From the human T2T-CHM13v2.0 reference genome, Homo sapiens: a stretch of 64,000 nucleotides of DNA. Location: assembly GCF_009914755.1 (NCBI RefSeq), contig NC_060926.1. One strand, given 5' to 3'. The position numbers and the translations under genes are program-made. The notes under the pieces are model-generated. The model saw only the letters and a program-made list of their open reading frames with translations. It was not told the origin of the DNA and ran no database searches. This document shows positions 1 to 13,763 of the stretch, piece after piece (the first letter of the stretch is position 1; each line of letters begins with the position of its first letter).

Positions 1-382
1 TTTGAGTATACTTCCTAAAAAGTCCATTCTCATGTTTGGATTTTTTCCCCCTGAATCATACATTGAAGTGAAAATAAAAGTTGAAAGAATGCTTTTCTGA
101 TAGTAGGAAAAAACTGAGCCAGATTTTTAGAAGTCATTGCCATCATCTGATTCTAAAATGTGGGTTTCAATCTTTACTTTTATGCTTCTTAGTCTTCTAA
201 AAGTTATTCAGAAGTTATTACTGATACATAATAGAAAATAGAGCTGCTTTTATTGGCCATCCTCAAGTTTAATTTACATCAAATATTTTGAAAGTCAGTG
301 ATGAAATATTATCAAAATCAATAAATTTTGTTTTAGGATTGATTCCTTTCTTCCAACTGGTTGCTCTTCGTGCACTCTAGAG

Positions 383-682
383 CAGTGGTCAGAAAACCTT
401 CTGAAAAGAGCCAGCCAGTAAACATTGTAAGCTTTTTGAGCCGTATATGCATCGCTGCAGCTACTTAGCTGTGCTGTTGCAGGATGAAAGCAGCCATAGA
501 GAATAGGTCAACAACAGGGTGTGGCTGCATTCAAGTACAATTTTTATTTTCGAACATGAAAATTGGAATTTTATGTAATTTGTACATGTCACAAAATATT
601 TTTTAAAAACCATTTAAGAATGTAAATATTATTCTAAGCTCACAGACCGTACAAAAATAGGCGGTAGACCAGATTTGGCCCT
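383..682. mobile_element. MER58B-like hAT-Charlie DNA transposon remnant
   Basis: Motifs aaagcagccataga, gggtgtggctg and ccagatttggccc, typical of MER58. Confidence 0.7.
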
Positions 683-934
683 GTTTTATGGCTTTGGTGG
701 AATAGTAAACAAAACATTTTCACTTGTATCTTCAAGTTCTAGGAGAAAGCAAATAAAGTTCTATTACTATCAGATATATAAAAAAATACCATTGCCTACT
801 GAATGAGATTCTAAGCTTAATGTAAAGTCAAATACTCCAATTGATGAAAATGTTGAATGATTGCTCCTAGAGATAACACGTGTCATATGCTTTAAGCAGA
901 ATAAGACCTCTATAGATGGTAGCTCTGTTTCTTT

Positions 935-1050
935 GGCATCAGTTGATTAGACACCTACTGTGTGCTCAGCTCTGGCTAGGTGCTGGGGGTACAGCATTGA
1001 ACATGGCAGTCCCCAGTTCAAGCTTTCATAGAACTTTTTATTTTGCTGGT
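935..1050 (-). mobile_element. L2 3' fragment
   Basis: cacctactgtgtgc...ctaggtgctggggg, the antisense L2 3' end. Confidence 0.5.
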
Positions 1051-1307
1051 AGTTGAATGATCTTCTGTAATTAGTTACCCGATCTGAAGCAAATCGTATC
1101 TGCTGTGTGATGTCTCAGACTCTAAAGTGACACAAGTAGATGTTCGGTACACAAGCTATTGTAAAACATCACAATTCTTGTCTGGTCCTGCTTCTATTTA
1201 AAAGGATTTACCTATTTTTAGTAGTCTTGAAGGAAGGGTTAGAGCTTTTACCTTTTCAACTTTGGGGGCAAGTATGTAGTGTTCAACACATTGCTTTTTT
1301 CTTTCAG

Positions 1308-1441
1308 GTGCATGCTCCGAGTCCTTGATTCATTTGGTACTGAACCCGAATTTAATCATGCAAATTATGCCCAATCGAAAGGCCACAAGACCCCTTGGGG
1401 AAAATGGAATCTGAACCCTCAGCAGTTTTATACCATGTTCC
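1308..1441 (+). CDS. MGAT5: MGAT5 internal coding exon, 134 nt (approx. Q371-P416; probably coding exon 9), catalytic domain
   Basis: Acceptor ttgcttttttctttcAG at 1306-1307 and donor GTGAGT at 1442. Translation CMLRVLDSFGTEPEFNHANYAQSKGHKTPWGKWNLNPQQFYTMF matches the human GnT-V sequence I recall, including DSF (D378-F380) and W401, the acceptor-binding residues. Starts in phase 2, ends in phase 1. Confidence 0.97.
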
Positions 1442-3189
1442 GTGAGTATTCCTGTTTCATGTATGCTTTCCAGAATGCCACCAAAGATAGATGGGAAAAT
1501 TAGCCGCCATCTATTTTGGGTTATGATTCTCAGGACCATTAGCTGTAGAAGTGTGTGCTGTTGAACCTTTTCCTTGGGAATTACTGAATTTGTTTTTTTG
1601 TTTTTGTTTTTGTTTTTGTTTTTTAGTTGAAATCGAAAGGCCACATGAATATTTTTTGAAAAGCCTTGAAAATGTTCTGGAGAAAAAATGTTCAATACAA
1701 AGTATCCTTAGAAACTATTTGGGAAAGGACTTTGCAGTTACTTTAGATTGGCAGGCACTAAACACATTTTATGCCACATGGATGCTATTTAGGGTACACT
1801 TTGTCACTAATGAGAGGTGAAGTCTTTCATGCAGATCTATTTTCCACATAATTAAACCTTAATTATTTAAGCATCAAACTTTTTAAAGAAAAAAATAGCT
1901 TTTAAAAATGGAGCTGTTTTAAACTCAGTTTTGTATTTTACTGATTTTTTTCAATCCTAGGCCCAGAATGAAATTTTACCTTCTCTTGCTGACTTGGTAT
2001 CATTGTTTTCAGCAGCAGTGATTATTTCATGAGCCGATATAGTAAGAACAGCACACCAAATGATGATGAATTAACTGACCACAGATGCTAGGCTCTTAGA
2101 CATTTTCTGTTTCTATAGGATTATTTTCCCACTTTTACCATTTCTTCCTGCTGCTTTCTGTTTACTTGGCACTGGCCTCATTTCTAATTAGCTGAGGACT
2201 GTGAACTCAAAAAACCACATTTGATAGTGTTAGTACCAAAAACGAATTTATTTTATAAGTCAGTAGTCCTTAGTAATGAGATGAAGTCCTATTCCAGAAG
2301 TGAAAGGCCACATGAGATAATTTGGTTGATGAGAGAATTCCTATTTTCTAAAATTATCAGGATAATTTTAATCCAGAGGTTTCCACTTTATAACTTCTGA
2401 GATGAATCTGTTTGCTTTGTGGAAACAAGACCCAAAAGACCCCTTCCTGATCTTCTTCCCATGTGGTTGCCCCTCCCCCTTGTACGCAGCTACCTGAAGG
2501 TGACCCCTGTCTCACACTCACTAAATGTAACAGCACATGCATTGGACTAATCTTTGGGTGTTAGGCATGAAAAGGGAGAATTAAGAATGGAGAGTAATTT
2601 TAAAAATCAACTCATCCTTAAGTGTTCTATTAAGCTCAGATTTGTGAAAGTGTGTTGTATGCTTCATAAACATTATTGTTCATGGAGCTGTATCATCCTG
2701 CTATTACACACCGTCCCTGGGGCACAGTTCATGGAGCAAATTGATTTTTGGCACATTAGATAACAGATGGCTTTCAGTATGGTGAGGATGCTCAGAGTTT
2801 GCCTCTGGTTTGACTTTGCTGTGTAACTTTGAGGGATGGGATGAGATGGCACAGAATAGCCTAAGAAGTGACCTATGTGTTAAACCAAGTGAAATAAAAC
2901 ATTAACTGTGTTCAAAGTGACTAAAACCGCTGGGTGATATGGCAGGCGTGTGCCCTACAAGAGATAGAGTTTCCAGGGAGTAGAGAAGAGAGGTTTCTTT
3001 TTTCCTAGAAAACATAAAGTTCTATTTTAGAATATTGGAATTCAGAGTCCTGCAAACCTATTTTGTTCTCCATGGATGGAGAATTTCAGCAGTATTGGTT
3101 GATTAAATTGAAAGAAATTCACTGCTTAAAATGTAACTGAAGACAAAAACATGGATTAATTTCTATTAATCTGGGAAGGGAATAAGTTT

Positions 3190-4225
3190 CCTAACCATGA
3201 CTCAGAATTCAGCAGAAATCAGGGAAAATTGATATGCTTGACTATATTTTAAAAAAAGAAGAACCTGTATGGCAAAACAACAACCAGTAACATCATAAGC
3301 AAATCATGTCACAGAGGGCTAAATTACTAACATAGACCCTTATATATACATACATACATATAAAAATTGAGAAGAAAAAGTTCCATGTTCCAACGGAAAA
3401 ATGGGAAAAGGCTATTAACAGTTTAGAGGAAAGAGAAATTTACTGCTCTGAACATATGGAAAGATGTTAACCTCACTCACAGTAAGAGAAATGCATTTTT
3501 AAACTGCACCAAGATACCATGCCCCATGTACAGAATGGCAGAAATGCAAAAGTTAAACAGCATAGCTATTCTGATGGTGCAGTGAGCAAAACCAGCCCTC
3601 TTCAACCCTAGTGGTTAGAATGCAGCATGGTACTACCCCAGTGGGGATGGCGTTTGTCAGGATCTAGCAAAACCGCCTCTGCATTTTCTTTCTTCAACTA
3701 AGCACCTCATATATATGAATCTATCCCAAAGATAATGAGCAAAATCAAGATGTGGCATGTGCTCAAGGGCATTTAGTGCAGCACTAGTTGTAATAGGAAG
3801 CAACAAGAAACAACCCAAGTAATCATCATAGGGGACTGAGTGAATAATATGGTCCATTAATAGAGTGAAGTACTACATAGCTATAAAAAGAAATGAGGAA
3901 GGCTTTCATTCTAGGAGGGGCATGTCTAGGATATTTTAAGTGATAAGAGCCAACGTGCAGGACAATGTAGAGCTACTCCCTTTTATATATGTCAGATACA
4001 AAGGAAGAGTGTGTGTGGTCATGTTAGTATATATGAATGAACTTATGTTTCCAAAAGAAACAATGAAAGGATAAATAAACTAATAAAAATGATTGCCATT
4101 GGATAAAGTGATTCCCATTGGATAAAGTTATCCAGGGATGGGGCTAGAAGGGTGATGTCTCTTAATGTTCCCTATTTTGACTTTAGGACCATGTAAATGT
4201 TTTACCTAATTTAAAAAGAGAAATA
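3190..4225 (+). mobile_element. Old L1M (ME/MC-type) fragment
   Basis: Degenerate ORF2 end and 3'UTR motifs (aaagatgttaacctcactc, aaacaacccaagt, aaaaagaaatgagg). Confidence 0.6.
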
Positions 4226-4229
4226 CTCC

Positions 4230-4722
4230 AAGGAATTCAAAGTAGGATCTCGAAAAAGTGTTTGCACATTCATGTTCACTGCAGTAGTATTCCTAATAGC
4301 CATGAGATAGAAGCAACCCAAATGTCCATCCACACAAGTGGATAAAGAAAATGTAGTGTACATATATATGGAATATTATTTAGCCTTAAAAAGGAAGGAA
4401 ATCCTGTCATATGCTACAACATGGATGAACCTCAAGCATATTATGCTAAGCGAAATAAGCTAGTCACAAAAGGATGAATACCATATGATTCCACTCGTAA
4501 AGTATCTAAGGTAGTCAAAATCATAGAAGCAGAAAGCGGAAAGGTGGTTACCAAGTTGGGAGGAGGAATTAGTGTTTAATGGCTATGGGGTTTCAGTATT
4601 ACAAGATGAAAAAGTTCTGAAGATCTCTTGCATAACAGTGTGAATATACTTAACACTACTGAACACTTAAAAAAGGTTAAGATGGTAAATTTAGTGTTAT
4701 TTGTTTTTTACCACAATAAAAA
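4230..4722 (+). mobile_element. L1MB/L1MA9-type 3' end fragment
   Basis: gaagcaacccaaatgtccatc, aaaaggaaggaaatcctgtcatatgctacaacatggatgaacct, gttaagatggtaaattt...ccacaataaaa. Confidence 0.85.
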
Positions 4723-5300
4723 TTCAAATAAAAAAGAAAAGCATTCACTAAAAATTGAAAACAGATAGAGACAAACCTAGCTGTACACGTGAGGTTGGTG
4801 TTAACCTCTCATACAGAGAAGATTATTACTTAAGTGGCTTTAAAAGACAATCTTTTGACTATACAGTTGTAGTGGGAAATATTTATATTGTTACTTGAAA
4901 CTGTTATGGGTATGTTGTAGGAACCACGATGTTTAGTATACAAAAAGAGGAGAGTACCTAAAGATTCTAGATTCCGGAATGATACACCAACCAAGAAAAC
5001 TCCACAAAGTGTAGTGGGTCACCTTCGCAAATTGCTAGGATACTACCTCATTACTGTAAAAAGTAAAGTGAAAGAATTCAGCTTTGATCATGCCTTTCTA
5101 GCACAAATTGTATTTGAAGATAATCAAATAGTTGATGAGAGAAAGTCATTAATTATGGAGAAATCACAACTAATACATGCAAAAGGAATGAATTAGAAAA
5201 TGAGCGTTATAAAACTCCTGATGAGACAGCAGAGCAAAACAGTCATCATCAGTGGTCGCTAAATCCATCAAGTAACAGGTTGATGGAAAACTTTCTCATG
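4723..5300 (+). mobile_element. Old L1M 3'UTR continuation
   Basis: ataatcaaatagttgatgagagaaag...aaggaatgaattagaaaat motif of old L1M 3'UTRs. Confidence 0.5.
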
Positions 5301-8269
5301 GACGAGGCTGACTTGAATGGAGGAAATATGGAAATGAATAGAGAAATAAAGCAGTTTGATACCTTTATCCTATTGAGATGTGTCTGAGCTGGAAAATTTG
5401 CAACAACAACAAAAAAAAATAGTTCCTACACTCTGTTTTCCAGCGCCTGCCCACAGTGAACTTGGATGCATGCTTGCAAGAGGGTCCCTTTCTTCCCATG
5501 TGACAAAGGCCTGGAGTCCAGTCCAGCTAGGTCCTTCCCATAGAGCCCTCCATTCCTTTACCTTTTGGGTCAATGTGGCTATTTTAGTGGTCTGAAGAGA
5601 AATACCGTTCCTTTGAATATCAAAACTTCTATTTATTTCTTGTTAATTTTTCAAAAGTGAAACAAATACTAGTGCTTAATATATGAGCTGGATAGTAATC
5701 ATTATATAATTTCTGTATAAATATGCACATATACTGAGGATGTACTCAGGTTCCTGTGTGCTTAGATTGTGTTCTACTGATGGAATGCACAGTTTGGAGA
5801 CTGCAGAAATAGAGTGCTATACTTGAGGAACCAAGTCTTCAGGACTAGCTGCCTTATAGTAAGATGTAGCAGTATTGTGGTTCATGTGCAGACAGAGAGC
5901 GTGGGGAAGGCCAGTCCAAACGAACCCAGTGGGAAGATAAAGAAAAATACACCATTGGGATGCATCTTGAGGAACAGTGAAATGAAATACGCTGGACCGG
6001 AATGTGTTTGCGTTCTTAAATATTCATGGTACACGTCTCACTTTAAGGCTCCTTCTGTTTCTCCTCTAACTCATTTCCTAAGTTGGTGGGGTTTCTACAA
6101 ATTGAAGAACCTTGCATTTCTGTATTATTTTGCCCCCAGTCTCAGAGGTTCACTGGCACCATCGTCGTCAGGTGTTCTCTTTGCAGTTAGGCATTTTAGG
6201 TGGTGTCCACATAAACTATTCCTGACACCTTCCTAAGCAGCTTCTGGAGGGACTGGTGGCCAGACAATACTAAGGCCATTTGATTAGATCTATTAAGTGT
6301 TGGGTTTTCCCCAGGAATCTGGTAAGTCTGGTTGTTCCTCCTTCTAGGCCCCCATTCCTGCTCACTCCTTCTGTCCGCATGCTAAAATGACCTCTGAACT
6401 AGGCACTAAGGCTTTCCAACCACAAAAACCAGCTCTTGAAAGCTCAGCTTGGATCAGGCTGTTTCTCCTCAGAGACTGCAGTGCCTTCCTTTTGTCCATG
6501 GGATCATTTTCAAACTCCACAGCAAAGTATTCAAGACCTTAGGCTCTCTGGCCTCAACTCCCGACCATATTCCTCCCCAGATCCTGGCCCCAGTCTCACC
6601 AAACAGCCTGCTGGTCCCTGAGAAGCAAAATTTAATTTTTTCTTTAAAACTCTATGTAAGTGACTTCCTCCAATTTTCCAATCAAATTTATAAAGAAATG
6701 TAACCCAATTACAAAAACAGGGAAAGACTTCCTCCCACTGAAAAAGGCTCCCCTAACCCTGGTGTAACTTTTATCTTTTTCACAAGTGTAGTTTTACATA
6801 CTTGTCACATACGTACTAAAATTTTGTGTTTCCTTTTTTCCACTTAATATATCATCTTTTTTTTTCCTTCAAGACTCTACTCAGATTTGAAAACCATTGT
6901 GTCCAAGACTCTTCTACACGCAAGTGGCTAGTTCCTAAGTCATAGTTATTTGGGGATGCTTTTGTTATTTCTTGTTGAGACTTAACTGATGCTTTTTTTA
7001 TGGTTGCCAGGTACCTGGCTTGGCTTATATTTACGTATTATTTAACTGTGCATACGGCTTGTTTTAAATTTCTGAAGGCAATCTTTTATTTTTGACAGTC
7101 TCAAACAAGGTGCATTATATCTCAGTAAATAAATGCAAGAAATCTGCCCGCACAGAAAAATAAGAGCGAAGGCATTTGCCTTTACCATTTAGAAGAGAAA
7201 GCTCTAAAATTGATGACTTGCACTGTAAATTTTCCGGTATTTGGATAGCTCTAATTATCTGCACCACACCCACATTTACAACTTCGTCTGGCTTGTATAA
7301 AAACATTGGCAGTGGTAAATCATCTTTATCTAATTGAGTTTTTTCCTCTCTTTCCCTAGAGTTGATGGCTGAAAGTAGCAATAGCAGGCATTACAAGATA
7401 CCCCATCCCTGGTTTCAGATCTCAGACCTTATTTTTATATCCTACAAAAATTTCAATAACCTTTGAAATCAGTTCTGCTTAACAGCCTCACTTTTCATAT
7501 CATTACCATAGAGCATTTACTACATTGCCTGAGCAAACTATGTTCGTATAGTTTTATTTATTTTATTTTATTTTATTTATGCGTGTATGTGTTAAGTACC
7601 TGCAACATTTTGGCTATCATTCACAATGTGAAGACACACAAGAATTTGCCTTCTGGGTGCTCACATTCTGTATAGTCAAGACTAGAGAATATTCAGCATT
7701 TCTTGGTACTTGTGGAAATTTGGAGCAGAAAAGACAGGAAGCTATAACAAAGTGGAGAGAAGAGCAGATGGGGGATTCTGGAGGTGTTTAGAACTTTCCC
7801 ATTTCGCCTTCCACTTCTTTGATTTTTTTTTTCTTTTTACCCCCTCCTCCTCTTTCCCAAATCCTTGTAAGGTGCTCCTTAGTAAAGGCTACAGAGCTGA
7901 CTAAGCCTAAGTATTTTCTTGTTCCTTATGAGCGTCAGTTTAGGAGTTAGATTGGAATCTTTATTTGGTTGTCGATTTTATCCACTGAACAGTGTGTGTT
8001 TCCTGACCATCTGTGGGATGTCTAAGTCTCTGTTCTCCAGAAGCTTACTTTCGGTGGAGTCAGGAGGTACGCAAAAATAAGACTTTCTCATACTTCCACT
8101 TTAAAAATTACAGACCCAGGTGAATGGAGTAGGGAAAATTTGAATGCAGAGGTGGGGAACATCCTAGTTGTGGCAACTAGAGGCAAGTTTTCCCAGGGTC
8201 CTCAAAACCCTGTCGCTTACTACGCGGCTTTTTGCTCATTTCTCTCTACTTCCTTGCTGTTTCTTGAGT

Positions 8270-8660
8270 AGAATAGGCACACTCCCCCTCAGGACCTTTG
8301 CATTGGTTGTCCCATCTCCTGGAACATTCTTCTTTTAGACTTCCCCATCTCCTCCTTCAGGTTTTTAATTCAAATATCATTTCAGTGAGACTGACTGTGA
8401 CCTCCTCTTTTAAAATGCAACTCCTTCCTTCCCCAACTTTCTCCTCCCCTTCCCTGCTTTATTTTCCTCCATGACTTTATTGCTACCCAGTATTTATGTT
8501 TCACTTATTTTTATTTTCTTTTTCCTTCCCTGGAATCTGAGACATATAATGGCAGGAATTTTAGCTGCTTTGTTTATTGCTGGAACTCTAACATCCTGAA
8601 GAGTGGCTGGCACATAGTAGGCATTCAGAAAGTCTTTTATTGATAGAATTAAACTAGAAT
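8270..8660 (+). mobile_element. L2 3' fragment
   Basis: ctcaggacctttgcatt...ctggcacatagtaggcattca, the L2 terminus. Confidence 0.7.
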
Positions 8661-10821
8661 GAACAATATTGCCTATTATGTTTTTAATCCATGCAACAAT
8701 GTAGGGAAGGAGACTGTTGTACAAATTTAAGATTGTAGAAACTTCTTTAGGCCAGTGGCCTCATCTTACTTTCTTGTGTCTTCCCAGGGAACTTACTCAC
8801 ATTTTTGGGCTTTCAAGTGGCATTCAGACCATGATGATTGTCAGTATCATTGATATTCCAACCCTGAATTTCTCCCAGGATTTGGGGCTCACAGCCATTT
8901 TTATTTGCATGATCAAATTGAATGATGGCTTGCAGATCAAAAATTTTGCCTGGCAAAACAGGAATTTTAGAACCAAGTCAATTCCCATTCATGCAGATAA
9001 TAAGCCTGTTGGCTGTAGCAAAGGATCAGTTAACTTCCATGTACAATTTTATTTTTAGGACATGATAACCAAAGGAGTTATTTGTGATTGAAACTTCCAT
9101 TTTGGCCTTTAACTTGAATCAGGAGGGCTCTTGCCTTTAAGTTCTGTGCAGACCACTGAGGATTAGGATCAGCCTCGTGGTTCCTTCAGTCTGAGTCTCA
9201 GCTTTCAGGAGTGTTACTCTTCTAAGGAGTCCATTCCCTCTTAAATTGCTTTTTGACACTTGAAAATTTTACCCTGAGGTGCCTTTTGTCAACAATTTAG
9301 GCGCTCATCTTCTCAGCTCAACTTATATTACAGTTTCCCTAGCCTGCATCCCAGCCTTCTCTCTTGAAGAAACTAGTATCACCACCATTTGGAAAAAAAA
9401 AAAAAAATCAGTTTTTGTAAAATTTGAAGCATAACATTACTATGTATAGTTTTTTAATCCAGATTTCTTGTGTGACATAACTATTTTTCAATGAATTTTT
9501 TTCTACCGTCGGTTTTATCAGGATCAGCAAAAACGGCATGAATATGATGACAATCAGTATTCTTCTTCAGTATTTTAAATGATGTTTTCAGCCATACAAA
9601 AAAATAGAAGAAATGTTACTAGAAACCCACAAATCTAGATTCTACAATTAACCATTTACTGTATCAATCTATATGCCCCAGTCCTCTCTCTATCCATCAC
9701 TCCACCTTTTTTTTTTTTTGGATGCATAAAAGAACTCTCTGATGCTTCAGCTTCACATCATTAACTATAATTCAATATTTTGAGGGGAAAAATGATCCAC
9801 AAGCTTAGAAAAAAAGTCCAGTAATAGTGGTTATTTCTAGGTGATGAAAATGTAACTTATTTTTTCTCATATCTTTATTATCTGAAAAAAGTTTTAATCT
9901 GAGGATATATTTCTGTTATAATGAGGAAAACCAATAAATCCATTTGTATTTAGGAAAAGGAAAAGCGTGTTTATTGCAGAAGTCTTAGCAAAAAGTGAGA
10001 AGGCCTGGACTCACAAATACAAAAAGGAAAGGATGAGTTGATGGATTTTTGAGAAACTAATATCCCTGGGACTACACCGACTGTGAGGGCTAAGGAATGG
10101 GCCCAGGCTGGCGCTGGGGTTTCTTCTCTTGGTGACCAGGAGTTGTGAAGATACATTACATTCTTAGAGATGTTTGGGACTTACTGGTAGAAAAAACAGA
10201 CCTCAGAGATTTATGCAGTTGAAAGAAAGGTCAACTCGACTTAGTATGCATTTTGAATTACAGTTTAAAAGATGATATTATGACTGCTTGGTAGATATAG
10301 TGTATGCTTCATTTATTAAGTAGCTGGTAAGCTCCTTGAGGGCAGAAACTCATCTTTATATTGTAGTTTGTCAATACTTATCATATAAGCTGGTTTGTAG
10401 AAATGCTCCAAAACATTTGTCATTGAGTGAATTATTCAAGCTAAGCTAATAGTATTTCTTAGAAGTAGTTATCATCATACTCTGCTCAGGGACCACATCA
10501 AGCTGATTTGTAATCATTTGTAAATAGGTGCTTCCAAAGTGCTTAAAATAGTGTTTCTCTTAATAAGAGACATTTTGTTCTAAATTGTCTTAAAATCATT
10601 GCTAATGTTTGGCAAATCTCCTGCAGTTTTTTAGCATGTGAAAAAATCTGTGTGGTCCCACATACATATGGCACAAGATACTCAAGAAACTGAGGTGACA
10701 TTGCGTATGTATTCTAGATCACTCTTGTGTATTTTGCTCTACCTTAGAACATTATTTTCCTCTGAAGCATGGTTTACCACTGCTGTTCACAGGGTCCAGA
10801 AAATTATTTGGACTATGAGGC

Positions 10822-11045
10822 TGTGTATTAGAGTGACTTAAGGAGCTGATGCCCTGAAAGCAGCCAATCTGGCTCTGAATCCCAGTGTTGCCATTTCCTA
10901 GCATGTAGACTTGGGTAGTTAAACCAAAACTCTGTTTTCTCATCTGTACAAACATGTTACACGGTTATGAGGTTAAAATGGAAGAGTCACTATAATGCGC
11001 TTAGCACAGAACTTGGCATGTAGTCAGAACTCAAAATACCAGCCA
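10822..11045 (+). mobile_element. MIR
   Basis: gaatcccag...cttgggtagttaaacc...ctcatctgtacaa...gcttagcacag...tggcatgtagt, the MIR core. Confidence 0.7.
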
Positions 11046-13756
11046 TCCTTTTTAAAAATCACATTTGTTTATCTTCTGGGATGGAGGGATTACTAAAAGT
11101 ACAGGATTTCCTGCATCCCGTTTATGATGAGATTTGTTTGATTTACCTTAAAATGTAAATACCTTCTCTTTGAAACCCTCCCAACACAATGAAAGTCTCT
11201 GTTCCCTTCCTAAGGCAGAGCAAAAAAGAAAGGTTGGCCTGAAGTTTGAACTCAATGAAATGAACATTTCAGATAACATCCTCCTGGACTTGTGGCTTTT
11301 GATTTATTATAAGCACCATTAAGAACACTTGTGATAAGACCAGGGCGCTCTCGGCAGATGTTACCGGGTGGGCTCCAGCTGGTGTTCAGATCCTTGGAAG
11401 CAAGCCACACTGGGCCGGTAGTTACTTCAGAATCACCTGCTGGGGCGAGTCACGGCTGAGCAAACCCTTATGTGGTCAAGGTTTAGTGTCCTGTGGCAAG
11501 TTTAGAGTCACCTGGGAGGCGAAGGCATGTAGAGGTCAGACCAGTGCTCAGGCCTTGGCTCATTAAACGTGGTGATACTGTTTGTAAATCTTAAGTCTCA
11601 CCTGAGGTCCTTGAAACCACACTTGCAGGTTGTTGATCCCTAAGTTAACATTTCACAAGGTGAGACAGGAGTTAAAGTATTTGGATGAAAACGTAGAAGA
11701 GAGCTTAGATGTGAAAGTCATAGTGTCAGAGTTAATTGAGTACCAAATTATAGTCATAGCAGCAAAAGCCCACCATTCCTCACAAGTTTTTCTGATATTT
11801 GCTTCTCCCTCTCACCAGTCAAGCTAGAAGCTAGGAGAATCTTTCACACAAAAATATGTTACATATATGTATTTTTTCATTTGGGGGGCTGAATCATTTT
11901 ATTTTTTACTATATATTAGTATATTATAACATGAAATAAAACCCATTGTTTCACTTGCTGGATTATTTTTTAAGTGCCTACCTAGGGACTAAATAACTAC
12001 ATTTCAGAAGCAAGTATTTCAAAGCATCGTGCTTTAATCACCATGTAAATTTTCTGAAAATAAAAAAAATTTAAAAACACCTGATCCTGAATATAGTGTC
12101 AGGTTTGAGTTCAAAACTTTTAGAATTAACAAAAAATTTTAGAAATATTTTAAGCTGCATAATAACACTGAGAATGCACACAGGTTTTGTTCCTCTCCCC
12201 GCTAATCCTTGAAAATTCCCTATGCCCTCAGCTTCTCAAAAGGGGGGAGAAAAGCAACTATTGCCTCTTGTTGGCAGTAGAATTTATTCAGTAATTTACT
12301 TTCCAGCCAACTGCAGCCATTGCCATTGCCTCTGGGCACTGGTTCAAAAACGCAGAAATGAAATAACAGATTGGCCAGACTGAACACAACTCCCCAGCCA
12401 CAACCCTGTTATCTCCTCATTCTGTCACCCCCATCAGGCAAAAGCCTGGGAAACGGAGGGTGACAACACAGTTTTTACATGGCTCGTGCATTTCCACAGC
12501 TCAGGGCTTCCTGCCACTGTCCCTTCTTCATTGTGTTCCCCTGCGTGCATGGCGGGCGACATTGGAGGCTGGGCATCGGAGTCCTAGGCCTGTGCTGCAG
12601 GCTGGCCTTTGCCCATCTGTCTGTCTGAAAGGATTTCTACGCTGCTACAAGCATGGGAAATGGCTCCTCAGTCCTAGCACAACCAGAACAAGATGAAGGG
12701 ACCAGCTTCCTCTGTTTGTTGACCACCTATCTGTGAATGGATGTGGTGGACTTTTCAGAATCTTGTGTATATCTCAATCACCAGGAGGAATTTGGTTTCA
12801 TGTTATTTATAGCTGTTCTATTCAGGTCAGAGCCAAGCAGAGCAGTTGCTTCATTTAATATCAGCCACACATGGGCTCTGCAGGCTCATCTCCTGAAAAA
12901 CGGAGATTTCTCTTGACAGAATGAAGGTAGAGGAGAGGAGCATCTCTGTTTAATCTAGAGAGAATTATTTTCTGATTGTCACTTGCTGGTGAAATGCCTT
13001 TTAAAATTATAGGCACAAGATGCGGATGTTTGGAGAGGGTGTGGGGTTGCTGTCCCCCTTGGTCAAGCGTTAGAGAAGTTACAGAACCCAAATGAGAGAA
13101 ATCCAAAATTTTCTCTTCCAGAATAGCCTACTCTGTAGACAGTATTCCTTTGCAGTGGTTGGATTTTTTTGAGTGGTTTGTGCCCCAGCAGGCTTTACCT
13201 TTTATTCTGTCTTCATTCCATGCACCTGTTCAATATAGACCCATAATTACATCTTTTATGAGTGAGTAATTCTTAGAGGAGATGAAAGGTTCTGAGGATT
13301 ATTCATCACTTTGTCCCTCAACCTCCTGTTATGTAGCTGGGTGAAAAACACAGCTGGAGTCAGATTCAGTTATGTGGGGACTCTGCGCCTATTCAGAACT
13401 CCCAGTCAGCCCTGCCCCCTACAGATTTCTGGCCAGTAGGTGGTGAAACCTGGGTGAAAGCATTTCTGCTGGGAAATGGACAGTAGCCTTATTCTGAGGC
13501 AACAAGGAAGAGAGTACACAGCTTAATGATTTTCAGACAGATGTATTTTCCCCTAAAAAGCAGGTTTTGGTTCAGGTTAATCCATCCTAGAGAGAAGTAT
13601 TCTTCATGACGGTTTTACTGGGAATGTGTGGGAGAGATGACAATCCCTCACCTCCCTCAGGTAAGAAAGAACAGGGTAAGATGAAAACAAACATTTTGTT
13701 ATGGGTAAGATGGCCTGTGTTAAATATGTGATTGTTATTTCTTCTTGCTGATTGGA

Positions 13757-13763
13757 CACTAAC
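13757..13763 (+). promoter_or_regulatory. Splice branch point (CACTAAC)
   Basis: Near-perfect U2 consensus. The branch A at 13762 is 29 nt upstream of the exon start, followed by a pyrimidine tract with no intervening AG. Confidence 0.8.

Noticed and set aside
1279-1503. ORF read as a stand-alone 74-aa gene (likewise 54577-54807)
   Set aside because: Only the exon portion is coding. The flanks are intronic read-through beyond the splice sites.
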